A stretch of 64,000 bases of DNA, taken from assembly GCA_029224465.1 (NCBI GenBank), contig JAQXUQ010000020.1, positions 30,006-94,005 of the forward strand. Reading direction: 5' to 3'. This DNA is from Bacillota bacterium. Its GTDB lineage: Bacteria > Bacillota > Clostridia > Lachnospirales > Lachnospiraceae. Under the pieces are notes generated by a model that was given only the letters and a program-made list of their open reading frames with translations, was not told the origin of the DNA and ran no database searches. This document shows, one piece after another, positions 19,831-27,815 of the stretch. Position numbers and translations under genes: made by a program. Positions within the stretch are counted from its first letter, which is position 1; the number at the start of each line of letters is the position of its first letter.

Positions 19831-20769
19831 TCATTCCTCCGTTTCCGGAATTATAACCGGCTGCTCCGGAAGATCGTCCAGCGTGATCCGTCCGGTCCTG
19901 CCGTTCTTGAAATCATCCAGCAGCTGATGCGCGCATCTTTTCAGATCCGGCGCTCCGCCTTTTAACAGAAAATTCCGGTTTGCGGCAATCTGCTCCATCA
20001 CGTGCAGCACGGCCTTCGGATCTTCATAATCATCGGTTTCCTCCGGCAAGAGTGGATATGCGGCGCTGCCGTATTTATCCGGAATAACCTGCGGATAACG
20101 TTTTCTGAAAAAACGCAGAAGCTGCATCGAAAGCTCCTGTTCATCGAGAATTTCCTCCCGGATCGATCCGGTCAGGGCTAGCCGCAGCCCCACATTTGCA
20201 TCCTCAAACTTCGGCCACAGGATGCCCGGTGTATCCAGAAGCTCCAGCGTGAAAAACGCTCCGCCGCCGGTCCCGAGCTTCATGGAAACCCATTGCTTGC
20301 CCTTCGTGACCCCCGGTTTGTTTCCGGTCTTTGCCCGTGCCTGTCCGGCAATCGAATTGATCAGCGTGGATTTGCCGACATTCGGAATGCCGCAGACCAT
20401 TGCGCGGACCGGCCGGTTTTTGATTCCTCTTCTCAGGTCCTTTTCTCTTTTTGCCTTTGAAGCCTTCTGTACGGCGTTTCTAATGACCGTAGAGCTCTGC
20501 CTGTCTCTCGAATCAACCGGCGCGACCGTAAAACCCTGCTGCTCATAATACTGCGTAAATTTCTCGGTTGCCTTGCGGTCCGCAAGGTCCGCTTTGCTCA
20601 TGACCAGGATTCTTCCTTTTCCCGCACATAGTCTGTCAATATCCGGATTCCTTGAAGAAACCGGTATTCTCGCGTCCACAATCTCGATGACAAGGTCGAC
20701 CAGGCGGATGTTTTCCTGCATCATCCGTTTCGCTTTGGTCATATGACCCGGGTACCACTGATAATCCAT
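19831..20769 (-). CDS. rbgA: Ribosome biogenesis GTPase RbgA/YlqF
   Basis: QWYPGHM, DARIP, GIPNVGKS, LLDTPGILWPKF; start ATG 20769. Confidence 0.96.
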   Translation of the reverse strand: MDYQWYPGHMTKAKRMMQENIRLVDLVIEIVDARIPVSSRNPDIDRLCAGKGRILVMSKADLADRKATEKFTQYYEQQGFTVAPVDSRDRQSSTVIRNAVQKASKAKREKDLRRGIKNRPVRAMVCGIPNVGKSTLINSIAGQARAKTGNKPGVTKGKQWVSMKLGTGGGAFFTLELLDTPGILWPKFEDANVGLRLALTGSIREEILDEQELSMQLLRFFRKRYPQVIPDKYGSAAYPLLPEETDDYEDPKAVLHVMEQIAANRNFLLKGGAPDLKRCAHQLLDDFKNGRTGRITLDDLPEQPVIIPETEE

Positions 20770-20780
20770 AAATCTGTCCT

Positions 20781-21377
20781 TTAATGTATTAGATGAAGGG
20801 AACCGCCATGGCCGGGAAGAGCAAGCCATGCACTCCCCGTAATATCTGTTTCCCGGACAACGCCGATGCCCGCACTTCTGGAGTCTTCGCTCTCACCCGG
20901 ATTATCTCCAAGGACAAAATACTCATTATCCCCAAGTGTAATCACAGAAGCCGCGATTCCGGCGTCTTCTATTGTACCATAGGAGGAAGATCCTGCCGCG
21001 GGAATCCCGTTCACAAGAAGCTTTCCGTCCAGAATCCGGACCGTGTCCCCGGGGCCGGCCGCGACCCTCCGGATATAGGGCTGCGTTTCTTTGTTGCCGC
21101 CCGGATAAAAGACGACCACATCTCCTGATTCCGGCGATTTCATCCTGTAAGCAAGTTTATTGACGAATACATTCTGACCGGCGGTAATGCCGCTCTCCAT
21201 CCCGTTCCCCTTCATCACGACCCTCTGTCCGAACGCGCGGACAAGGATGATCGCGAAAAAGACGGCGAGCACCGTATACAGCACCCACTCGATGATTTCA
21301 TGCACAAGACGCATGCTGATGAGAGGCGTCTTATCTTCATAAAATCCAAGTCCGGAAGTGTGTCTTGTTCTTCTCAT
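20781..21377 (-). CDS. Signal peptidase I homologue with both catalytic residues replaced
   Basis: S26 boxes present ([29 protein letters not shown]) but GxSM reads GNGM and IKRV reads IRRV. Confidence 0.85.
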   Translation of the reverse strand: MRRTRHTSGLGFYEDKTPLISMRLVHEIIEWVLYTVLAVFFAIILVRAFGQRVVMKGNGMESGITAGQNVFVNKLAYRMKSPESGDVVVFYPGGNKETQPYIRRVAAGPGDTVRILDGKLLVNGIPAAGSSSYGTIEDAGIAASVITLGDNEYFVLGDNPGESEDSRSAGIGVVRETDITGSAWLALPGHGGSLHLIH

Positions 21378-21391
21378 CTTGTTATTACCAT

Positions 21392-21421
21392 AAAAAATAA
21401 AGCCGCACATCCGTGCGGCTT
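21392..21421 (-). terminator. Intrinsic terminator after rplS
   Basis: Minus strand AAGCCGCAC-GGAT-GTGCGGCTT then TATTTTTT. Confidence 0.8.
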
Positions 21422-21440
21422 ACAGCGTTGCGAGCAAAAA

Positions 21441-21791
21441 TTACTTTGTGATGTTCATCCGCTCCTTAACCTTAGCCTTCTTGCCGCTAAGCTGACGCAG
21501 ATAGTTCAGTTTCGCTCTTCTGACTTTACCATGTCTTACAACTTCTACCTTCTCTACGTTCGGAGAATACAGAGGCCATGTCTTCTCGACACCGATGCCG
21601 CTGGACTCCTTTCTTACAGTGAAGGTCGTGCGAACGCCGCCGCCCTGAATCTTTAATACGGTGCCTTCAAAAACCTGGGTTCTTGAATGATCGCCTTCAA
21701 CGATTCTGTTGTAGACACGTACTGTGTCACCTGTGTTGAACTTGGAAACTTCTCTCTTCTGAGAAGCTTCGATTTCGCTGATGATGCTCAT
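21441..21791 (-). CDS. rplS: 50S ribosomal protein L19
   Basis: [38 protein letters not shown]. Confidence 0.98.
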   Translation of the reverse strand: MSIISEIEASQKREVSKFNTGDTVRVYNRIVEGDHSRTQVFEGTVLKIQGGGVRTTFTVRKESSGIGVEKTWPLYSPNVEKVEVVRHGKVRRAKLNYLRQLSGKKAKVKERMNITK

Positions 21792-21799
21792 ATAATCTC

Positions 21800-21900
21800 C
21801 TTTTTCCGGGACATTCTTACGGTTTAATGATACCTGCGGCCATCGGCCCCTCAGGCTGCCGCCCGTTCATTTCCGGCAGCAATACCGCAGAGGACTGTCT
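21800..21900 (-). promoter_or_regulatory. Structured rplS 5' leader (possible L19 autoregulatory leader)
   Basis: Minus-strand hairpin GCTGCCG...GCGGCAGC in a long UTR downstream of a TTGCAT-17-TAAATT promoter; family assignment not checked against a covariance model. Confidence 0.35.
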
Positions 21901-21953
21901 CCTATACGCAACGTGACTAATTTATCATATTGAAACAGTGAATGCAAGCGGAT

Positions 21954-22688
21954 TCACTGTTCCCTTTTTCTCCGTCTTTTCGGTGAAACCGGCGGATGCT
22001 CTTTTCTGTATGCTTCATACAGCTCCGGGCGCCGGATTCTTGTCCGTTCGAGGGACTGCTCGAGTCTCCACTGCTCCACCTTTGCATGATCACCGGACAG
22101 CAGAATCTGCGGGACCTCCCGGTCATGCCATACAGGCGGCCTTGAATACTGCGGATACTCCAGAAGACCGTTCATGAAGGAGTCCGTCTCCGGTGAATCC
22201 TCATTGTGCAGAACACCCGGGATCAGTCTTGAAACCGCGTCCACGACCATCATGGCAGGAAGTTCTCCGCCGGTCAGAACGAAGTCGCCGATCGAAACCT
22301 GATCAGTCACGATTTCGTCGAGAACCCTTTCATCAATACCCTCGTAGTGGCCGCACAAAAGGATCAGGTCTTCTTCCTTCGCAAATTCCTGCGCCATTTT
22401 CTGCGTGAAAACTGAGCCGGCCGGTGTCATATACACAACCCGGGCAGGCTTTTCGAGCTGCTGCGCGACAGACTTCCACGCGTCATAGACCGGCTGCGCC
22501 TGCATCAGCATGCCCGCGCCGCCGCCATAGGTATAATCATCCACCCGGTTGTGCTTGTTCTGCGTGTAATCCCGGATGTTGACAGCTTCCACGCTGATCT
22601 GTCCGTTCTTCATGGCTCTTGCCAGAATACTGGTGTTGAGCCCTTGCAGAACCATCTCCGGGAACAGGGTAAGTATGTGAAATCTCAT
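21954..22688 (-). CDS. trmD: tRNA (guanine37-N1)-methyltransferase
   Basis: VDDYTYGGGAGM, LCGHYEGIDER, SIGDFVLTGGE, LEYPQYSRP. Confidence 0.98.
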   Translation of the reverse strand: MRFHILTLFPEMVLQGLNTSILARAMKNGQISVEAVNIRDYTQNKHNRVDDYTYGGGAGMLMQAQPVYDAWKSVAQQLEKPARVVYMTPAGSVFTQKMAQEFAKEEDLILLCGHYEGIDERVLDEIVTDQVSIGDFVLTGGELPAMMVVDAVSRLIPGVLHNEDSPETDSFMNGLLEYPQYSRPPVWHDREVPQILLSGDHAKVEQWRLEQSLERTRIRRPELYEAYRKEHPPVSPKRRRKREQ

Positions 22689-23203
22689 TGCTGCAAATCC
22701 ATAAGGCCGGGCAGCAGGTGTACAAGAATGCGTCCCTCCTCCGGCTTTGTCTCCAGAATGCAGTCACGGATTGCCGGGATCAGAACTTCGCGGCTGTCGT
22801 CCGTCGTTACGCAGTAGACATCGTTCGCACCGGTTCTTAACACATCGGTCAGTCTGCCGAGAATCTTTCCGTCATCCGTGATAACGGAAAGGCCAATCAG
22901 ATCCGGAATGTAATACATGCCTTCGGGAAGCGGTGCGGCATCCTTTCTGTCAATCCACAGCTGCGCTCCGTGAAGAAGCCTCGCGGCATCCATATCCTCG
23001 ACGCCGTCAATGTGCAGAACTACGAATTTTCCGGAAAACCGGACACCGCTGATCCTGACAGGCTTCTGCATCCGTCCTTCGTAGAGATACACATTTTTGT
23101 ATTTTTTAAAGCGGGAGGGATCGTCCGTAACCGGAAATACCTTTACATCCCCGCGTACGCCATGTGTACCGGCAATCACGCCGACCTGAAAACGCTCTGT
23201 CAT
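22685..23203 (-). CDS. rimM: 16S rRNA processing protein RimM
   Basis: GVIAGTHGVRGDVKV, YYIPDLIGL, TGANDVY; located between khpA and trmD. Confidence 0.96.
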   Translation of the reverse strand: MTERFQVGVIAGTHGVRGDVKVFPVTDDPSRFKKYKNVYLYEGRMQKPVRISGVRFSGKFVVLHIDGVEDMDAARLLHGAQLWIDRKDAAPLPEGMYYIPDLIGLSVITDDGKILGRLTDVLRTGANDVYCVTTDDSREVLIPAIRDCILETKPEEGRILVHLLPGLMDLQQ

Positions 23204-23204
23204 T

Positions 23205-23510
23205 TCACTCCTGTGTAACAGCTGCTCCGGATTCTTCCTCTGAAGGAACCTCCGCCTGCGCAGCCTCCGTCCCGCCGCCTTCGGATTCGATATTGACGTC
23301 TACAATGACATTGTCTTTTGTCGCGGCAGCCTTCACAACAGCGCGGATCGCTTTGGCGATTCTTCCCTGTTTGCCGATGACCTTTCCCATATCGGAAGGA
23401 GCGACCGTAAGATCCACACGGATCACCCTTCCCTGTACTGTTTCGGTGACGACAACTTCATCCGGACGCGATACGAGAGCTTTCGCAATTACTTCTACCA
23501 ATTCCTTCAT
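23205..23510 (-). CDS. khpA: KH-domain RNA-binding protein KhpA with acidic tail
   Basis: MKELVEVIAKALV..PDEV, DMGKVIGKQGRIAKAIR; follows rpsP. Confidence 0.92.
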   Translation of the reverse strand: MKELVEVIAKALVSRPDEVVVTETVQGRVIRVDLTVAPSDMGKVIGKQGRIAKAIRAVVKAAATKDNVIVDVNIESEGGGTEAAQAEVPSEEESGAAVTQE

Positions 23511-23559
23511 GAAATTATCTCCCAAACAAAAAATGATTCAGCCGCGGATACCGTGCCGG

Positions 23560-23802
23560 TCAATTCTGCTTGGCAGCGTACTTCATGAGCTTCTTGACTA
23601 CGGTTGTAGGCTGTGCTCCCTTCGCGATCCACGCGTTCACCTTCTCGAGATCCATGCGGATCGTAGCAGGATTTGTGTTGGGATCATAGAAGCCGACCTC
23701 GTCGATTGCCTCTCCGTTACGGGGCTTGGAGGACTCCTGTACCACAACACGGTAAACCGCGAGCTTCTTCTGTCCGTTTCTTGCAAGTCTGATCTTAACC
23801 AT
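23560..23802 (-). CDS. rpsP: 30S ribosomal protein S16
   Basis: MVKIRLAR.G.KK...YRVVV..S..PRNG, GFYDP, GAQPT. Confidence 0.97.
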   Translation of the reverse strand: MVKIRLARNGQKKLAVYRVVVQESSKPRNGEAIDEVGFYDPNTNPATIRMDLEKVNAWIAKGAQPTTVVKKLMKYAAKQN

Positions 23803-23875
23803 TGTCTTTCTCCTTTAATCTATCGACTATCTAATAAGTATATTTCAGAACGGGATATTCCCGGTTTCTGCGTAA

Positions 23876-25267
23876 TCAGAACGGAAAGCCGCCGCGCTTT
23901 CCGAATCCCTGAAAGCCGCCCATACCCCCGAAAGGGTTCCCGTGACGTTTTCTGCCTGTCAGGCCGGGCATTTTCTTCACCATTTCCTGCATTTGCCGGA
24001 ACTGCTTCAAAAAGCGGTTGACATCTGCGATATCATTACCGGAGCCTTTGGCAATCCGGAACTTCCGCTGCGGCGTCAGGAGCTTGGGATTGGCACGTTC
24101 CGCGGGCGTCATCGAAAGGACAATTGCCTCAATCCTCGCAAGCTTCTTTTCGTCTACTGCGCCCTCGAGCTCGTCTTTACTGATACCAAGACCCGGCATC
24201 ATGGACAGAATACTGCTCATGCCGCCGAGTTTGCGCATCTGCTTCATGGTGTCCAGATAATCGTTGAAATCAAACCGGCCCTTTTTGAGCCTGTCTGTCA
24301 TTTCTCTGTTCTTTTTCTCGTCCGCTTCGGTCTGAACTTCCTGCGCCTTTTCAATCAAGGTCAGAACATCGCCCATACCGAGGATTCTCGATGCCATGCG
24401 GTCAGGATGGAACTGCTCGAGATCCGTCATCTTCTCGCCCATGCCGACGAAAAGAATCGGTTTTCCTGTTACGGCCTTTACGGAAAGCGCAGCACCGCCT
24501 CTGGTATCGCCATCCATCTTGGAAAGGATCACTCCGTCGATCCCGACCTTCTCATCGAAAGTTTTCGCGACGTTTACGGCTTCCTGCCCGGTCATCGCGT
24601 CAACCACGAGGAGCGATTGTGTCACATCTACGGTTCTGCGGATCTCCTGCAGCTCCCGCATCATGTCTTCATCAATCTGAAGGCGCCCTGCCGTATCCAG
24701 AAGCACGACATTTTTATTGTTTTTCTCCGCGAAGGAAACAGCAGCCTTCGCGATTTCACAGGGATCTTCGGATCCTTCCAGCGTAAAAACAGGGACGTCC
24801 GCCTTCTCGCCGTTCACCTGCAGCTGACGGATCGCGCCCGGCCTGTAAACGTCCAGTGCCGCGAGAAGAGGCCGTTTGCCCTTTAAGGCAATCTTGGCCG
24901 CAAGCTTGGCCGCGGTTGTTGTCTTACCGGAGCCCTGCAGTCCGCACATCATGATCACGGTGACAGCGCCGCCCTGCGCAAAGGAGAGTTCGGCCGTCTC
25001 AGAGCCCATAAGACTGATCATTTCCTCGTTGACGATCTTAATCACCTGCTGGGCAGGGTTGAGACCGTTCATGACATCGCTGCCCACCGCTCTCTGCGAG
25101 ACGGTGTTGACGAACTGCTTGACGACCTTGAAATTAACGTCGGCTTCCAGAAGCGCCATCTTGACTTCCTTCATCGCCTGCGTTACATCGTTTTCGGAAA
25201 GCTTCCCCTTCCCGGAGAGCTTACGGAAGACATTACTGAGTTTTTCGGACAGGCTTTCGAACGCCAT
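23876..25267 (-). CDS. ffh: Signal recognition particle protein Ffh
   Basis: ALLEADV, GLQGSGKTT, DTAGR, SKMDGDTRGG, M-domain R..RIAKGSG. Confidence 0.98.
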   Translation of the reverse strand: MAFESLSEKLSNVFRKLSGKGKLSENDVTQAMKEVKMALLEADVNFKVVKQFVNTVSQRAVGSDVMNGLNPAQQVIKIVNEEMISLMGSETAELSFAQGGAVTVIMMCGLQGSGKTTTAAKLAAKIALKGKRPLLAALDVYRPGAIRQLQVNGEKADVPVFTLEGSEDPCEIAKAAVSFAEKNNKNVVLLDTAGRLQIDEDMMRELQEIRRTVDVTQSLLVVDAMTGQEAVNVAKTFDEKVGIDGVILSKMDGDTRGGAALSVKAVTGKPILFVGMGEKMTDLEQFHPDRMASRILGMGDVLTLIEKAQEVQTEADEKKNREMTDRLKKGRFDFNDYLDTMKQMRKLGGMSSILSMMPGLGISKDELEGAVDEKKLARIEAIVLSMTPAERANPKLLTPQRKFRIAKGSGNDIADVNRFLKQFRQMQEMVKKMPGLTGRKRHGNPFGGMGGFQGFGKRGGFPF

Positions 25268-25270
25268 GGC

Positions 25271-25600
25271 TTATAATTCCTTCTTAATAACCGATACCGC
25301 GGAAACAATTTCTTCCGGTGTTACGCTGCCGTCCCGTGCCGCTTGTTCCAGCCCGTCACAGACGCCGCGGATCCGCCGGAACCTCGATATCAGAGAAAGT
25401 TTCTTCTCGTACTCCTGCATCTGCTGCGTCGCGCGCCGGAGAAGATCCGAAACAGCCTGCTTGCTGATCTGATGCTCCTGCGCAATTTCATTCAGCGAAA
25501 GGTCATGATAAACCGCGTCTTCATAGATCTTCTGCTGATGCGGCGTCAGAAGACTTCCGTAGAAATCATACAGGATTCCGTTTTCGACAATTTTATCCAT
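25271..25600 (-). CDS. ylxM: YlxM (UPF0122) SRP-associated protein
   Basis: LYDFYGSLLT..Q, DLSLNEIA...ISKQAVSD, YEKKL; directly upstream of ffh. Confidence 0.93.
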   Translation of the reverse strand: MDKIVENGILYDFYGSLLTPHQQKIYEDAVYHDLSLNEIAQEHQISKQAVSDLLRRATQQMQEYEKKLSLISRFRRIRGVCDGLEQAARDGSVTPEEIVSAVSVIKKEL

Positions 25601-25620
25601 TCTCCGAACCCACCTGACCC

Positions 25621-25649
25621 ATTCTACAGGCACGGCAGTTATGTGTCAA
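25621..25649 (-). promoter_or_regulatory. SigA-type promoter for ylxM-ffh
   Basis: TTGACA-17 bp-TAGAAT on minus strand. Confidence 0.75.
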
Positions 25650-25711
25650 GTGTTTTTTCTTGACCTCAAATGCAGCCCCTTGCAGGAGAAATGCAGCTGC
25701 CCTGCCGGCTC

Positions 25712-26821
25712 TTATCTTCGCAAAACAGTCGCGTCAAGCGAAACATTCCCTTTGATTCCCTGCACCTGCCCGGTTGTACTGTACTGCCACATCGAAAACT
25801 TGTACGGGAAATACAGATTACCGTCGTAGCTTGCGATCCATTTGCTGTAACCTTCGAGCTTATCGATATCAACCCGCATGATCATCTGCGCAAGGTTTCC
25901 GTAAACCAGCGTTCTGTATCCCGATTCCGAAGCCGCATCGCAGAAGTCCAGTACCGCCTGCGTTCGCTCTGATTTTTTCACGCGCGGCTTTGCCTCCTGC
26001 CCGTCTTCGCTTTCCGAATCTGTCATCATAAAAGCGGCCGGATACGAAATCTGCGCTTTATAATCTGTCAGGACAGAAGCAAGGTATTCTGCATCTTCCC
26101 GGCCTTCCTTTCCGTCCGTTACCGGTGTCTCAAAGTACACGCCGACATTGATTCCCGCCTTTGCCGCGCCCGTGATGTTGGTATCAAACCGTTTGTCTGT
26201 ATAAAGTATCCCATCTCCATCGCGGCCCGCCGCGCGGATCATTGCGAAGCTGATGCCGCCTTCCGCAGCTGCGGTCCAGTCGATTTCACCGTTTTCGGAA
26301 GAAACGTCGACTCCTCTCGTGATCGATACGTCCTCGTCGTCGCCTGCATACTGCAGTACGCCTGCCTCGTCGGTCTTAAAATCCGACGAACGGAAGCCGT
26401 TTGCGGCAAGCCCGGACAGCACCGGATAAAAATAGTACCGCCCTCCGCTGACAACAACGATATCATCGGGAAAAATGCCGCGCAGCATTGCAGCCGTACT
26501 GTTTCCGGATTCGAGCGACGACTGGATCTGCATCAGAATTTCACTCCTCGTCTGACTGGCAGCCTGCACCTTCGCGCCCGCCACACGGCTTTCCAGCTCG
26601 TCCGCGGTATAAAGCGTCTTGTCCTTGCCCTCGATCGCCGCGATCTGCTTTTTCACAGCGGAAAGATCTCTGACCGCTTTCCTGTAACGCAGCAGCATGA
26701 AGAAGGAAGCACAAAGCGCCGCAATCGTCATAAGACAGAGTATGATCACATTGATCAGATATAATGTTCTTTCCCTGTTCGGGTTGCCGTTGTCCTTCCG
26801 GCCGGAGGAATTTGTTTTCAC
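25712..26821 (-). CDS. Membrane-anchored glycoside hydrolase family 25 (lysozyme)-like protein, catalytic motif degenerate
   Basis: N-terminal TM plus coiled coil; GVDVS...IDW, GINVGVYF, WIASY, MWQYS..G.V.GI.GNV; the DxE position reads MMT. Confidence 0.8.
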   Translation of the reverse strand: MKTNSSGRKDNGNPNRERTLYLINVIILCLMTIAALCASFFMLLRYRKAVRDLSAVKKQIAAIEGKDKTLYTADELESRVAGAKVQAASQTRSEILMQIQSSLESGNSTAAMLRGIFPDDIVVVSGGRYYFYPVLSGLAANGFRSSDFKTDEAGVLQYAGDDEDVSITRGVDVSSENGEIDWTAAAEGGISFAMIRAAGRDGDGILYTDKRFDTNITGAAKAGINVGVYFETPVTDGKEGREDAEYLASVLTDYKAQISYPAAFMMTDSESEDGQEAKPRVKKSERTQAVLDFCDAASESGYRTLVYGNLAQMIMRVDIDKLEGYSKWIASYDGNLYFPYKFSMWQYSTTGQVQGIKGNVSLDATVLRR

Positions 26822-26839
26822 GCTTACAAGTTACTCCTT

Positions 26840-27789
26840 TCAGCACTCTTCATCCGAGGTATTAAAGAGCGCCGCCACATAAGCGTCCGGATCAAAGCGC
26901 TGGAGGTCATCCAGCTGTTCTCCGACGCCGATATACTTCACCGGTATTCCAAGCTCGGACTGAACCGCGATCGCGATACCGCCCTTCGACGTTCCATCCA
27001 TCTTTGTCAGAACAACGCCGGTCAGCTTCGCCACATCCGAAAATTCCCTTGCCTGCGAAAGCGCGTTCTGACCCGTTGCGGCATCCAGAACAAGCAGATT
27101 TTCCCGCCTGCAGTCCGGATACTCACGCGATATAATGCGGTCCAGCTTCGCAAGTTCCTGCATCAGATTTTTTTATTGTGCAGCCGGCCTGCCGTATCAA
27201 TCAGAAGAACATCCGTATGACGGGCTTTCGCCGCCGTCACCGCGTCGTAGACAACACTGCCGGGATCCGCCCCTTCGGCGCCGGAAATCATATCGACGCC
27301 CGCGCGTCCGCACCATACTTCCAGCTGGTCTTTCGCGGCTGCCCGGAATGTATCGGCCGCGGCGATTAAAACCTTTCGTCCGTCAGCTTTATAGATCGAC
27401 GCGAGCTTCGCGACACTCGTTGTCTTGCCGACACCGTTGACGCCGATAATCAGGACAACCGACGGACCCTTTTCAAAATCATATGCGTCTTCACCGACAT
27501 GCATCTGTTCGCGGATGTTCTGAATCAGAAGCTCCCTGCACTGTGCCGGATCCTTGAGATGCTGTTCCCTGACCTGTTTTTTCAGCTTTGTCAGAATTTC
27601 ATCGGTTGCGGAGACACCGATGTCACCCGTAATCATAATCTCCTCGAGTTCTTCGTAGAAGTCCTCGTCAATCTGCGCTGAGCCTGAAAACAGACGGTCC
27701 ATTCCCGAAATCACACCGTCGCGCGTTCTGGAAAGGCCTTCCCTCAGCCGTGCAAAAAATCCCTTTTTCTTTTCTTTTTCTTCAGCCAT
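26840..27789 (-). CDS. ftsY: SRP receptor FtsY, split by a 1-nt frameshift at about 27168-27174 (ORFs 27163..27789 and 26840..27163)
   Basis: First half GVNGVGKTT...DTFRAAA...[10 protein letters not shown]; second half MQELAKL...DAATGQN...[10 protein letters not shown]. Adding one A to the A7 run restores LHNKKNLMQEL. Confidence 0.93.
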
Positions 27790-27815
27790 CGGTCACCCTT
27801 TCTGTATATTGTTGT

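Noticed and set aside
27160-27180. Programmed -1 ribosomal frameshift in ftsY as the primary explanation
   Set aside because: No canonical X XXY YYZ heptamer in frame and no evident stimulatory structure; an assembly error is more parsimonious.
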